The notes under the pieces: model-generated
What the model was told of the DNA's origin: nothing
What the model saw: the letters and a program-made list of their open reading frames with translations, nothing else
The model's database searches: none
Assembly (NCBI GenBank): GCA_023247725.1
Contig: JAHFFW010000014.1
Location: 783 to 64,782 of the forward strand
DNA from: Candidatus Omnitrophota bacterium
Lineage (GTDB): Bacteria; Omnitrophota; Gorgyraeia; Zapsychrales; JAHFFX01
Direction: 5' to 3'
DNA: 64,000 nt
Translations under genes and position numbers: made by a program
In this document: piece after piece, positions 1-9,577 of the stretch
How the letters are laid out: each line of letters begins with the position of its first letter
How positions within the stretch are numbered: the first letter of the stretch is position 1

Positions 1-777
1 GAACTTCTTGGCGATGCGTGGGAGCCGTTTGCCTACGGACAGAAGGCCTACGCCTTTCATATCGCCTGCAAATTCAAGATCCCGCTTATTTTTTACGGCG
101 AAAGCGGCGAGATTGAATACGGCGGCTCGACGAAAAATCTGGACACACCGGCAGAACCGATTTCCGACTGGAAAGATTTCTATTATAAAGGCTCGGGCAT
201 TGATGAATTGCTTGAACACGGACTCAAGGCGGGTTTGTTGACCGAGGATGAATTAAAAAACCATCGCCTTGAGCTTTACCGGCCGCCGAGTCCGCAGGAT
301 TTGGAAAAGGTGAATCCCCAGATGCATTGGTTTTCGTTTTATAAAAAATGGGTGCCGCAGGAAAATTATTATTATGCCGTCGAACATACCGGATTTCAGG
401 CCAACTTCGACGGCCGTTCCGAAGGGACGTACTCTAAATACGCGAGCCTGGATGACAAGACCGATGGATTCCATTTTTTCCTCGCCTACATCAAATTCGG
501 CATTGCCCGCGCCACCTCGGACGCCGCCCATGAAATCCGCGACGGCCATCTGACGCGCGACGAAGGGATTGCGCTCGTGCACCGCTATGACGGCGAATTC
601 CCCAAAAAGTATTTCAAAGAATTCCTGGAATATCTGGATATCCGCGAAAAAGAATTCTGGGAGGTCATTGATTTTTACCGGACACGGTCACCGCATTTAT
701 GGGAAAATAAAAATGGCGAATGGATTTTAAAATACCGGGTCAGCTCCCTATCTCAAAAAGATCAGGTTCTCTTATGA
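1..777 (+). CDS. N-acetyl sugar amidotransferase (WbuX/PseA-like), 5' truncated by window edge
   Basis: Frame open from base 1 (ELLGDAWEPFAYGQKAY...); motifs YSKYASLDDK.DGFH, KFGIARATSDAAHEIRDGHLTRDEG typical of LPS-locus N-acetyl sugar amidotransferases. Confidence 0.85.
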   Translation, partial: ELLGDAWEPFAYGQKAYAFHIACKFKIPLIFYGESGEIEYGGSTKNLDTPAEPISDWKDFYYKGSGIDELLEHGLKAGLLTEDELKNHRLELYRPPSPQDLEKVNPQMHWFSFYKKWVPQENYYYAVEHTGFQANFDGRSEGTYSKYASLDDKTDGFHFFLAYIKFGIARATSDAAHEIRDGHLTRDEGIALVHRYDGEFPKKYFKEFLEYLDIREKEFWEVIDFYRTRSPHLWENKNGEWILKYRVSSLSQKDQVLL

Positions 778-1871
778 AGGATGTAGAAAAATTATTCATC
801 ACCCTCAGCACCTCGCTCAAGAAGACCATCTTCGTGATCCAGGAAGGCGGGGTCGGGATTGCCCTGATCGTTGATCGGCAAAAAAAACTTTTGGGCACTA
901 TCACCGACGGGGATATCCGCCGATCCATTTTGAACCGGATTCCGCTTAACGCCAAAATCGCCAAGGTTCTTAAGAACAAACGCCTGCATCATCCTTTGCC
1001 GACCTGCGCGCGGGTGGGCACACCTCATGAGGAACTCCTGGCGATCATGAAAGAAAAGGTTTTGCGGCAGATTCCATTATTGGATGAGGGAGGACGGGTC
1101 GTGGAATTGGCGCTTTTATCGGAGATCATTGAAGAGGAATTTTTTTTGCCCTTAACCGCGGTCGTGATGGCCGGCGGCAAAGGACGGCGATTGCTGCCGT
1201 TGACCGAAGATGTTCCCAAGCCCATGCTCCTTTTGCAGGATCGCCCGCTCATGGAGCACACGATTGAGCATTTGAAAAATGCCGGGATCCGCAAGGTCAA
1301 TATTAGCACTCATTACAAATCTGAAATGATCGTGAACCACTTTGGCAATGGCGACCGGTTTGGGGTGGACATCGAATACATCAATGAAAAAGAACCCTTG
1401 GGCACCGCCGGCGCCTTAAGCCTCATGACTAAACCCGACAAGCCGGTGCTCATCATCAACGGCGATATCTTGACGCGATTGGATTTCCGGGCCATGTTCG
1501 ATTTCCATAAAAACCACGAGGCGGTCATGACGGTCGGCGTGCGCAAATACGATTTGGAAATTCCTTTTGGCGTCGTCGAGACCGACGACATTTTGATCAA
1601 AGCGCTCGTTGAGAAACCCCAGCAGGCCTTTATCGTGAACGCCGGGATTTATCTTCTGGAGCCGGAGGCCTACGATTACATCCCCAAGCGTCAGCGCTTT
1701 GACATGCCGGAATTAGTCCGCTGCCTCATCAACGCGGCGCAGCGGGTCATTTGTTTTCCGATCCAGGAGTATTGGCTGGATGTGGGCCAGAGCCGGGATT
1801 ATCGGAAGGCGAAGAGGGATGTTGTGGCGGGAAAGATAGGAAGTAAAACTGAAGAGGGAATTAGGGATTAG
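774..1871 (+). CDS. CBS-domain nucleotidyltransferase (PtmE-like sugar-phosphate nucleotidyltransferase)
   Basis: ATGA overlap with upstream stop; N-terminal LLGTITDGDIRR (CBS), then VMAGGKGRRL...PKPM and EPLGTAGAL nucleotidyltransferase motifs. Confidence 0.88.
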   Translation: MKDVEKLFITLSTSLKKTIFVIQEGGVGIALIVDRQKKLLGTITDGDIRRSILNRIPLNAKIAKVLKNKRLHHPLPTCARVGTPHEELLAIMKEKVLRQIPLLDEGGRVVELALLSEIIEEEFFLPLTAVVMAGGKGRRLLPLTEDVPKPMLLLQDRPLMEHTIEHLKNAGIRKVNISTHYKSEMIVNHFGNGDRFGVDIEYINEKEPLGTAGALSLMTKPDKPVLIINGDILTRLDFRAMFDFHKNHEAVMTVGVRKYDLEIPFGVVETDDILIKALVEKPQQAFIVNAGIYLLEPEAYDYIPKRQRFDMPELVRCLINAAQRVICFPIQEYWLDVGQSRDYRKAKRDVVAGKIGSKTEEGIRD

Positions 1872-1938
1872 GGGATTAAGGGAATTAGGGTTAACCTAAA
1901 TCAAAATTCCCCAAAGCCCCTTAGCCTGATTCTTAATT
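1853..1938. repeat. Inverted degenerate 7-9-mer tandem-repeat spacer (GGGAATTA/GGGATTA left arm, CCC-rich complementary right arm)
   Basis: gggaatta gggatta ggggatta agggaatta gggttaa followed by cctaaat..aattcccc..aagcccc..ttagcc..taatt. Confidence 0.65.
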
Positions 1939-1941
1939 ATC

Positions 1942-3135
1942 ATGAAAAATAAATTAAATACCAAAAACATTTCCCTCTGCGAACCCGAGATTCGCGGCAA
2001 CGAATGGAAATACATCAAGGAATGCCTCGACACCGCCTGGGTTTCCTCCGTCGGTGGATTTGTGGATCGCTTTGAGAAGGCGGTTGCCGATTATGTTGGA
2101 GCGAAATATGCGGTCGCCTGCGTCAACGGAACCGCCGGCTTGCATGTGGCGCTCGTGGCTTGCGGCATTGAACCCGGTGATGAAGTTTTGGTGCCTTCCT
2201 TGAGTTTCATCGCACCGGCGAATGCGGTTCGTTATTGTGGCGGCTGGCCGGTTTTTATAGACGCCGATCCCCAGACCTGGCAGATGGATCCCGAAAAGGT
2301 GAAGGAATTCCTTGTCAAGGATTGTCGTCTTGCCGGCCGAACCTTGATCAACCGACGGACAAAGAGGCCCGTGCGCGCGATTTTGCCGGTTCATGTCCTG
2401 GGGCACCCGGTGGACATGAAACCCATTCTGACCCTGGCAAAAAAGTTTGGCTTGGACGTCATCGAAGATGCGACCGAGAGCCTGGGATCAAAATACCGAG
2501 GCAGACACACGGGCACATTCGGCGATGTGGGTGTCTTTAGTTTCAACGGCAACAAGATCATCACCGCCGGCGGCGGGGGAATGATTGTGACCAATAACCG
2601 CCGCCTCGCCGAGCGAATCCGTTATCTGACCACTCAGGCAAAAGACGATGCCATTGAATATATCCACGGAGCGATCGGTTTTAATTATCGATTGACCAAC
2701 ATTCAGGCGGCGCTTGGCGTCGCGCAGATGGAGCAGCTGGAAAATTTTGTCGACGCCAAGCGCCGCCTCGGCGAGCGTTACGCAAAAGCGTTAAAGGCCA
2801 TTCCCGGAGTTACCCTGCCGGCGCAGGCACCGTGGGCCTTGACGAATTTTTGGTTGTACACCATTCTCATCGATCGCGAAATTTATGGCAAAAGCTCGCG
2901 AGAGTTGCTGGCGGATTTGAATAGGCAAGGAATTGCGGCCCGGCCCTTGTGGCATCCGTTGCACTCGTTAAAAATTTTTAAAGGCAGCTATCATAACGGC
3001 ATCAAGATCGTCGATGAGCTTTATGGACGCGCCTTGAGCCTTCCATCCTCGGTGGGCCTCAAGCCCGACGAGCAGGACAGGGTCATCCAGATCATCCTCG
3101 AACAACCCAAAAAGCGCGAGAACAGACGTGGGTGA
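1942..3135 (+). CDS. LegC-family DegT/DnrJ/EryC1/StrS PLP-dependent aminotransferase
   Basis: WVSSVGGFVDRFE, IEDATESLGS, SFNGNKIITAGGGG, GFNYRLTNIQAALG motifs. Confidence 0.9.
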   Translation: MKNKLNTKNISLCEPEIRGNEWKYIKECLDTAWVSSVGGFVDRFEKAVADYVGAKYAVACVNGTAGLHVALVACGIEPGDEVLVPSLSFIAPANAVRYCGGWPVFIDADPQTWQMDPEKVKEFLVKDCRLAGRTLINRRTKRPVRAILPVHVLGHPVDMKPILTLAKKFGLDVIEDATESLGSKYRGRHTGTFGDVGVFSFNGNKIITAGGGGMIVTNNRRLAERIRYLTTQAKDDAIEYIHGAIGFNYRLTNIQAALGVAQMEQLENFVDAKRRLGERYAKALKAIPGVTLPAQAPWALTNFWLYTILIDREIYGKSSRELLADLNRQGIAARPLWHPLHSLKIFKGSYHNGIKIVDELYGRALSLPSSVGLKPDEQDRVIQIILEQPKKRENRRG

Positions 3136-4084
3136 ATTCACCTTAAAGCCCTCCATCAGTTTCGTGGTTCCCGTTTTCGATGAAGCTCCGACACTGGAAC
3201 CCTTGTTTGCGCAAATCCAGGACGTCATGCAGCCTCTCAAGCGGGGTAATTTCGAAGTCATTTTTATCGACGACGGCAGCCGCGATGACTCCTGGCAAAA
3301 AATCTCTGAACTTGTCCGACGATTTCCTTCGCGCGTGCGCGCCGCGCGCCTGCGCCGCAATTTCGGCAAGGCGCAGGCGCTCTCGGTTGGTTTTCATCTG
3401 GCGGTCGGAGAGGTCATCATCACGATGGATGCGGACCTTCAGGATGATCCGCGGGAAATTCCTCAGTTCCTTGCCAAACTCGACGAGGGATTTGATCTGG
3501 TTTCGGGATGGAAATACGAGCGTCATGACCCATTGTCGAAGACGATTCCTTCCAAATTATTCAATCAAGTGGCCCGCTGGCTCTCCGGAATTCCCTTGCA
3601 TGATTTCAACTGCGGTTACAAGGCCTATCGACAGGACGTTCTCAAAGCCATTCGGGTTTATGGTGAGCTGCACCGGTATATTCCGATTTTGGCCGACCAT
3701 GAAGGTTTCCGGATCGCCGAGATCAAGGTCCATCACAATCCTCGCACGTTCGGCAAATCGAAATACGGATGGAAACGTTATGTTCGTGGTTTTCTCGATC
3801 TTTTGACGGTCACCGCGACCACGCGTTATTTGCAGCGGCCGGGCCACTTGTTCGGCGGCATCGGTGTGACCTTTGGTCTGATCGGGTTTTCCATCCTTAC
3901 CTATCTGACGATCGTCTGGTTTATGGGCCACCGGATTGGAACCCGTCCCTTATTGGCTTTCGGAATCATGCTCTCGATCATCGCGGTCCAATTCATTTCG
4001 CTGGGGCTTATCGCCGAATTGCTGGTCCGCAATGCCGATGCCCGTCTGGAAAAATCATTGATCGTCGAGAAAACCGGCTGGTGA
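3128..4084 (+). CDS. Glycosyltransferase family 2 (ArnC/DPM1-like, polyprenol-phosphate sugar transferase)
   Basis: IDDGSRD, RNFGKAQAL, MDADLQDDP, HDFNCGYKAYR motifs; two C-terminal TM helices. Confidence 0.9.
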   Translation: MGEFTLKPSISFVVPVFDEAPTLEPLFAQIQDVMQPLKRGNFEVIFIDDGSRDDSWQKISELVRRFPSRVRAARLRRNFGKAQALSVGFHLAVGEVIITMDADLQDDPREIPQFLAKLDEGFDLVSGWKYERHDPLSKTIPSKLFNQVARWLSGIPLHDFNCGYKAYRQDVLKAIRVYGELHRYIPILADHEGFRIAEIKVHHNPRTFGKSKYGWKRYVRGFLDLLTVTATTRYLQRPGHLFGGIGVTFGLIGFSILTYLTIVWFMGHRIGTRPLLAFGIMLSIIAVQFISLGLIAELLVRNADARLEKSLIVEKTGW

Positions 4085-4117
4085 CCCACTCTCACCCCCG
4101 GGGTGAGAGTAGGTCAC
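4081..4117. repeat. Near-perfect palindrome/hairpin overlapping the GT2 stop codon
   Basis: gtgacc-c-actctcacccc / ggggtgagagt-a-ggtcac. Confidence 0.7.
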
Positions 4118-4124
4118 GCAAATT

Positions 4125-5870
4125 ATGAACAGAGATATTTATCTCACAAGCTTCCTCGAACACACGCCCCGTTTGCTCGGTCAAATGAACGCCAATCCTG
4201 CCTCGCGGACTTATGGCTGCTGTGATCGCGCCTTCTGGCATAACGCCATCACGGTTTTTCCCAACGCCCGCTATCAAGAAGCGGCGCTGACGTTGAGTTT
4301 ATTGTTTTTGGAATTCGACACTCCCTATCGGGCAAGCCCTATCCTTCTTGAACTCATCGAGCGCACGATCGCCTTTTGGTGCAAGATTCAGGAAAAAGAC
4401 GGCTCGTTCAATGAATGGTATTTAAGAGAAGGGAGTTATGTGGCCACAGCCTTCAGTTCCTATTCCATCTCGGAAAGCCTGTTATTGCTAGGTAAGGAAC
4501 GGTTGAAGATTTTCCCGACGGCAGTGGAGGCCTTGCGCAAGGCCGGGCTGTGGCTCAAAGATCGTTCCCAAACCACCGTCAGCAATCAGCAAACCGGGGC
4601 TCTGGTCGCCTTGCAGAATATTTATTTGCTGACGGGTGAAACGGTTTTCTTGGAAGCCGCCCGGCAGTATGAAGGTCTTCTGGCTCGATCACAGGATGAG
4701 GAAGGATGGTTTAAGGAATACGCTGGCATGGATCTTGGTTATCTTTCGTTGGCCATCGACTATCTGGCCAAATATTATTCCAAAACAAACTCCTCCCGGA
4801 TCGCCATGGTCATCCATAAGGCCATTGATTTTTTGCATCATTTTGTCCTCGAAGATGGAACCGTCAGCGGGGTTGTCACCAGCCGCGAAACCGAATATTT
4901 GATCCCTCACGGTTTTGAGCTCTGGTCGGAAAAGCACGCTCCAGCGCGTTTTATCGCCGGAAGGATCCGCGAAAATCTCAAAACCAAAAAAGGCGTTTCG
5001 TTGCATTCTCTGGATGATCGATACCTCATGTATGTCGGCTATACGTATTTGCAAGCCGGGAAGGATGGGCCGGATGAACTGCCCGTCTTGCCGCGTCCGG
5101 CTATTCCATTCCAGTATCTTCCTCATGCGGGCCTGTGTGTATACCGCGCAGAAGATCTAGAATTGATCGGCAGCCTAAAAAAAACCGGGAGTTTTGTTTG
5201 CCGCGTGGGTTCAAAACGATGCGAGGATAGCGGTGTGGTGATTGATCCCTCGACTCGTACCCCGGCCATGGCCGGGGGTCCTTCGCTCGGGATGGAACCC
5301 AATAATAAGAAATCACGCGAGCAAATCCCCAAAGGGCAAGAAGAAGGTACCGCGCCCGCCTGCCGGCGAGGCAGGGGCATGCCCGTGGGGTTCCATGCCC
5401 AGAAAAAATTCTTTAGCGGATTTATGAATGAAGAGGTTCAAGTCCTTCGCATCGATGAGAAGGGTTTTGAAGTGGAAGGGAATTTTTACCAGATCAACGA
5501 AAACATCATGACTCCATTCAAAAACCTGCTGCTCAATTTATTTCAAATGACGCTCGGTCGTTTTCCCTGGCTGAACCAAACGGTTAAAGATTTTTTGCGC
5601 AAGAAGCTGATTCTGACGCAGAAGAAGAGTGCATTCAAACTCAAGCGGCGCGTGGATGTGAATTCTTCGGGGATCGCGATGACCGATGAAATCATCGGTC
5701 CCGAGTTTTCGGAGATTATTCTCGGAGCGAAGGTTTCCTTTATTTATGTCCCCTCGTCCCGCTGGTTCCAAATCGAAAATCTGGACAATCAGCCATTCCA
5801 ACGAATTCCCGTCGCAGGTGCCCATCGGTCAGCCCAAAATACATTCGTCTTCACCCGGCATTTTCCCTAA
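4125..5870 (+). CDS. Hypothetical polysaccharide-locus protein (probable alpha/alpha-toroid) carrying a 50-aa in-frame repeat insertion
   Basis: 581-aa ORF; YGCCDRAFW, QEKDGSFNEWY, QDEEGWFKEYAG.DLGY repeats; residues PSTR...GFH derive from the repeat at 5247-5396. Confidence 0.7.
   Translation: MNRDIYLTSFLEHTPRLLGQMNANPASRTYGCCDRAFWHNAITVFPNARYQEAALTLSLLFLEFDTPYRASPILLELIERTIAFWCKIQEKDGSFNEWYLREGSYVATAFSSYSISESLLLLGKERLKIFPTAVEALRKAGLWLKDRSQTTVSNQQTGALVALQNIYLLTGETVFLEAARQYEGLLARSQDEEGWFKEYAGMDLGYLSLAIDYLAKYYSKTNSSRIAMVIHKAIDFLHHFVLEDGTVSGVVTSRETEYLIPHGFELWSEKHAPARFIAGRIRENLKTKKGVSLHSLDDRYLMYVGYTYLQAGKDGPDELPVLPRPAIPFQYLPHAGLCVYRAEDLELIGSLKKTGSFVCRVGSKRCEDSGVVIDPSTRTPAMAGGPSLGMEPNNKKSREQIPKGQEEGTAPACRRGRGMPVGFHAQKKFFSGFMNEEVQVLRIDEKGFEVEGNFYQINENIMTPFKNLLLNLFQMTLGRFPWLNQTVKDFLRKKLILTQKKSAFKLKRRVDVNSSGIAMTDEIIGPEFSEIILGAKVSFIYVPSSRWFQIENLDNQPFQRIPVAGAHRSAQNTFVFTRHFP
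5247..5396 (+). mobile_element. 150-bp palindromic mini-element, family 1 copy 1 (in frame inside CDS)
   Basis: 5 mismatches versus copy at 35049-35198; third copy inverted at 59978-60105. Confidence 0.92.
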
Positions 5871-5878
5871 GAGCGTCT

Positions 5879-7486
5879 ATGAACAAAAACCGGCATCCCC
5901 ATTTCTGGCTCATGGTCGTCGGGGGGATTTTTTTTCTTGTCTGGAGCTTTCTGGCCCTACGGATGCCGCTGTGGGGCGATGAGGCTTCCCACATTGAAAC
6001 GGCCAAGGGTTTGCGGATGACCGGAGCGCCCTACGTCTGGTCCTTTGATGAAGGCAAGCTCTTATCCAACCAATACACGCGCGGGCTTTTGATTTCGCAG
6101 GCGGTTCGTTATCTTTACCGGGAAGATTCCTCATCACTGTTCGTCTACCGGCTGGTTGCGCTCATTCCAACGCTGTTGACCTTCTTGACGTTTGCTTGGT
6201 ATGTTCGCTGGCGTCATCGGGCGAGCGTCCAATTGCTTTTGACCGGCGGGATTCTGTTTTTTGCTCAATCCTTCGTTTTAGAAAACTCTTTTTACCTGCG
6301 CTTCTATGCTGCCCTGGCATGGTTAACCCTGGTCAGTCTCATCCTTTTGTGGGAAATTCCTCCTTTTTTGGCCCAAAAGAAATATTCCCGGACGGCAGTT
6401 TTATTGGGCGCCGCGATCCTCGTCATGGCGCCCATGACGCTCGATCATTGGCAAATTCAAAACTTAAGCATTTTGTTTTTGGCACTATGCTTGCGGATAT
6501 TGTTTTTAACGGATTTTGGGAAAGAGTGGATTGCGCTTTACCGACGGTGGCTTCTCGTCGGGGCCATGGTCCTTATCCTGACCGCTCCGGTGGCAACGAT
6601 CGGGATCGATTTTCTCATGAGCCATCTGGTCATTGGCAACCGCGTCATTGGCCGCAGTTTCGTTACTTATTGGGATAACTTGGTTGGGCTTCTGCGGTTT
6701 ACCTGGGCCTTGAATGTTTGCCTTGCTGGATTCTTTTTTTATCAGCGGCGACAGGCCAGGGCCTGGAATTTTTTTGAATGGTTGTTTGTAACCGGAATTA
6801 TCTCCGGTTATCTGACGGGGCTGTTGACGCCGCACAACCACATATTTTATGGGCGTTTTTTTTATGTCCCGACGGTTCTGGCCGTTTTAGGATTTTCCGG
6901 ACTCCTGAGCGAACTTTCTTCTGACTTTGTGAGAAAACAAATTCTCTTGTGTTATGTGATTCTCAATTTGCTTTTAAGCGGGCTTAACCTTTATTTCGAT
7001 CGAGGAAATATCCCGCGGGCAATATCCTGGCTTAACGCTCACTGGCAGGAGGGAGATATTTTGCTTGTCTTTCGTGGCCGGTTGCAGTTGCAGGGAGGGG
7101 CACGGCTGGCGAAAGCGGCCTACCCCATTCTTCCGACGCAAGATGCCCAAAAAGTGCATGACCTCATCCAATTCCTGAACGAACGACCAGGCCGGGAGGT
7201 TTATTTTCTTTATGACGATGAATATGAATTCCGCGATCGTTTATTTGAATTGACGACGGGAGAGAACCGATCTCCGCCCAGCGACCTTTTTCGGTATCTC
7301 AAAGATGCCATTGATGGCGAATCATTCGGCGAGGGTTTGCGGGCTTGCGGCATTAAACGATTTGATAAGGAAGCCCTCATTGCGGGGCTCCAGCGATTGC
7401 TCCGCGAAGGATTTCCCCTGAAGTACAAAGGACCAGAGAAACGATGGTGGAAAAAGAATCTGCGACATTTTTCATCGAATACCTAA
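5879..7486 (+). CDS. Multi-pass membrane protein, probable GT-C fold glycosyltransferase (ArnT/PMT-like)
   Basis: About 11 hydrophobic segments; LWGDE motif after TM1; downstream of polyprenol GT2. Confidence 0.6.
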   Translation: MNKNRHPHFWLMVVGGIFFLVWSFLALRMPLWGDEASHIETAKGLRMTGAPYVWSFDEGKLLSNQYTRGLLISQAVRYLYREDSSSLFVYRLVALIPTLLTFLTFAWYVRWRHRASVQLLLTGGILFFAQSFVLENSFYLRFYAALAWLTLVSLILLWEIPPFLAQKKYSRTAVLLGAAILVMAPMTLDHWQIQNLSILFLALCLRILFLTDFGKEWIALYRRWLLVGAMVLILTAPVATIGIDFLMSHLVIGNRVIGRSFVTYWDNLVGLLRFTWALNVCLAGFFFYQRRQARAWNFFEWLFVTGIISGYLTGLLTPHNHIFYGRFFYVPTVLAVLGFSGLLSELSSDFVRKQILLCYVILNLLLSGLNLYFDRGNIPRAISWLNAHWQEGDILLVFRGRLQLQGGARLAKAAYPILPTQDAQKVHDLIQFLNERPGREVYFLYDDEYEFRDRLFELTTGENRSPPSDLFRYLKDAIDGESFGEGLRACGIKRFDKEALIAGLQRLLREGFPLKYKGPEKRWWKKNLRHFSSNT

Positions 7487-9558
7487 GCTTACAAAAGTGG
7501 TTTCGATGGGTTGGCCCGGTTTTACGGGTTGAACGTGAGAAAAATCCTCAGGCAAACCTCGTCTTGAATATCTTTGATGCCTCGCCCTTAGGCTTATTCT
7601 TGGTTTCGGTTTTGAGCCGTTGGCAGGGAATTTCGGTGCGGAAGATGAATTTCCAAATTACCGACGGGCTCGATGAACAAGGCGTTTCCATCCAATTTCG
7701 TCTGCTTTACGAGGACCTGGCCGAGCTGCAAAGATCGATCAGTCGTGATCCCGTCTTCCAGAAATTTATCCACGAGGCAGATCCCGCAGGCCGACTGCGG
7801 GAATATCTGCTCAAGTCCCCGGTCTGTGCGTATGATTACCAGGGAGCGGGAAGATTTGGCCAGGCCTGGCATGCCCTGACCTTGATTCAGGTGAGCCGCT
7901 GGTTTGCCGCCAAGCAGGGAGTCAACGATTCGATTGTTCTTTTCCTCCACGATCGTCCCTGGATGAAGCAGCTCAAGCTTTATGCTGAACGCTCCGGCGT
8001 CTCGGTATTGTCGTCGGGAACAGCTCCCAAAACCGGGTCCCGGTTCAAGAAATATGCGCGCTTGTTGACCAAGATCAAGGGAAGGACAATCCGGGCCCTC
8101 ATTCGTTATGCCGTCAAAAGCAGGATCGCCGGTACAAAGGATCAAATTCCGTTCGTTCCTTATCCGCGAATGGCCGTTGAATATTGGGGCAACCTGAACC
8201 TCGCGAAACCCGAATGCCACAGCGATCTTTTTTTCCTCAAGCGGTCGGCTTTGGAAAATCGCGACGTTTTGCTGTTATTCAATTCGATGCTCGATCCCGT
8301 GGATGAAACCAAATGGCAACTCCTGAATCTGGAGAATATTTCGGCCTTGGCGCTTTCTGTACAGGCCAGCCTTATCGACTCTTCGTTTGTTCCGGTATTT
8401 TCCCAAAAACCAAAAAATTCCAGAATCTCCCACTTCAACGTAAATTCACAAGAAAACCCAGAAATCATTTCCCTGTCCCGCGACGCCGACGAATACCTTG
8501 ATTGCAAAACCTACTGGAGAAATCTCTTTTCCCAATTCAACATTAAATTGACCACGAGCTGGTATAAGTACGACGCTCAACACATGGCGATCGCCGATGC
8601 ACTAAAGGAATTGGGAGGCATTGCCACCTTGTATCAGCGCGCCTATGAGTCAAATCCTTCCGCGGCAACGATGGCCTCGACCGATGTGCTGTTTGGATTT
8701 TCCCCTCAATCAGGCTTGATCGAACAGGAAAGCCTTTCGAATTTCTCTTATTACGTGTCCGTGGGATACATCGGCGATTATCGGTTTTCTTTTTTGCGGG
8801 AAAAGGCTCAGGGCATTCGCAGCGAACTCAGGAAGAATGGAGCCCGGCGGATTTTAGCCTTCTATGACGAAAATACCCTGGATGACGGCCGATGGTTTAC
8901 CGGGCATCAGTTTACTCGAGATAACTATGCCTTCTTGTTAAACCAATTTTTGCGCGAATCCGATTTGGGCCTGATTCTTAAACCCAAACGTCCTGATTCT
9001 TTAAAAAGCCGCCTCGGGCCGGTCGCGCGATTATTGGAAGAAGCCCAAGCGACCGGCCGTTGCTATATATATAGAGAAGAGAGGAGCTATGGCTCTTTTC
9101 CGCCAGCAGCAGCCGGGCTGGGGGCGGATATTGCCATTCATGAAGCGCTTAGTGCTGGCACCGCTGGTATTGAATCGGCGCTGGCCGGCGTTCCAACGTT
9201 ATTGCTCGACCGGGACGGATGGCCCAAGAGTCCGTTGTACAAATTGGGAAAAGGACGGATCGTTTTTACCAGTTGGCCGGAAATCTGGCAGGCTTGTTTG
9301 AATTTCTGGCAACGTCCGGAGGATTTCAGAGGAATCCTCAATTGGTCTGACATTCTCAATGAACTTGATCCTTTCCGCGATGGCCGCGCTGCCGAGCGTT
9401 TGGGGACGTATCTCAAATGGCTTTTGGAAGGATTAAAAGAAGGCCATGACCGGGAAGAAGTCATGGCCAATGCCGCAGCGCGTTATGCAAAACAATGGGG
9501 CAAAGATAAGATGATCGAAAAAAGTGCCAGCAAAAAAGCGGCCCTGAGTTTACTGTAG
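7444..9558 (+). CDS. Hypothetical surface-polysaccharide biosynthesis protein
   Basis: 704-aa ORF; GT-B-like C-terminus (LILKPK, GTAGIESALAGVPTL, LDPFRDGRAAER). Confidence 0.6.
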   Translation: MVEKESATFFIEYLSLQKWFRWVGPVLRVEREKNPQANLVLNIFDASPLGLFLVSVLSRWQGISVRKMNFQITDGLDEQGVSIQFRLLYEDLAELQRSISRDPVFQKFIHEADPAGRLREYLLKSPVCAYDYQGAGRFGQAWHALTLIQVSRWFAAKQGVNDSIVLFLHDRPWMKQLKLYAERSGVSVLSSGTAPKTGSRFKKYARLLTKIKGRTIRALIRYAVKSRIAGTKDQIPFVPYPRMAVEYWGNLNLAKPECHSDLFFLKRSALENRDVLLLFNSMLDPVDETKWQLLNLENISALALSVQASLIDSSFVPVFSQKPKNSRISHFNVNSQENPEIISLSRDADEYLDCKTYWRNLFSQFNIKLTTSWYKYDAQHMAIADALKELGGIATLYQRAYESNPSAATMASTDVLFGFSPQSGLIEQESLSNFSYYVSVGYIGDYRFSFLREKAQGIRSELRKNGARRILAFYDENTLDDGRWFTGHQFTRDNYAFLLNQFLRESDLGLILKPKRPDSLKSRLGPVARLLEEAQATGRCYIYREERSYGSFPPAAAGLGADIAIHEALSAGTAGIESALAGVPTLLLDRDGWPKSPLYKLGKGRIVFTSWPEIWQACLNFWQRPEDFRGILNWSDILNELDPFRDGRAAERLGTYLKWLLEGLKEGHDREEVMANAAARYAKQWGKDKMIEKSASKKAALSLL

Positions 9559-9577
9559 TCGAAGGAAAACCCAATCG

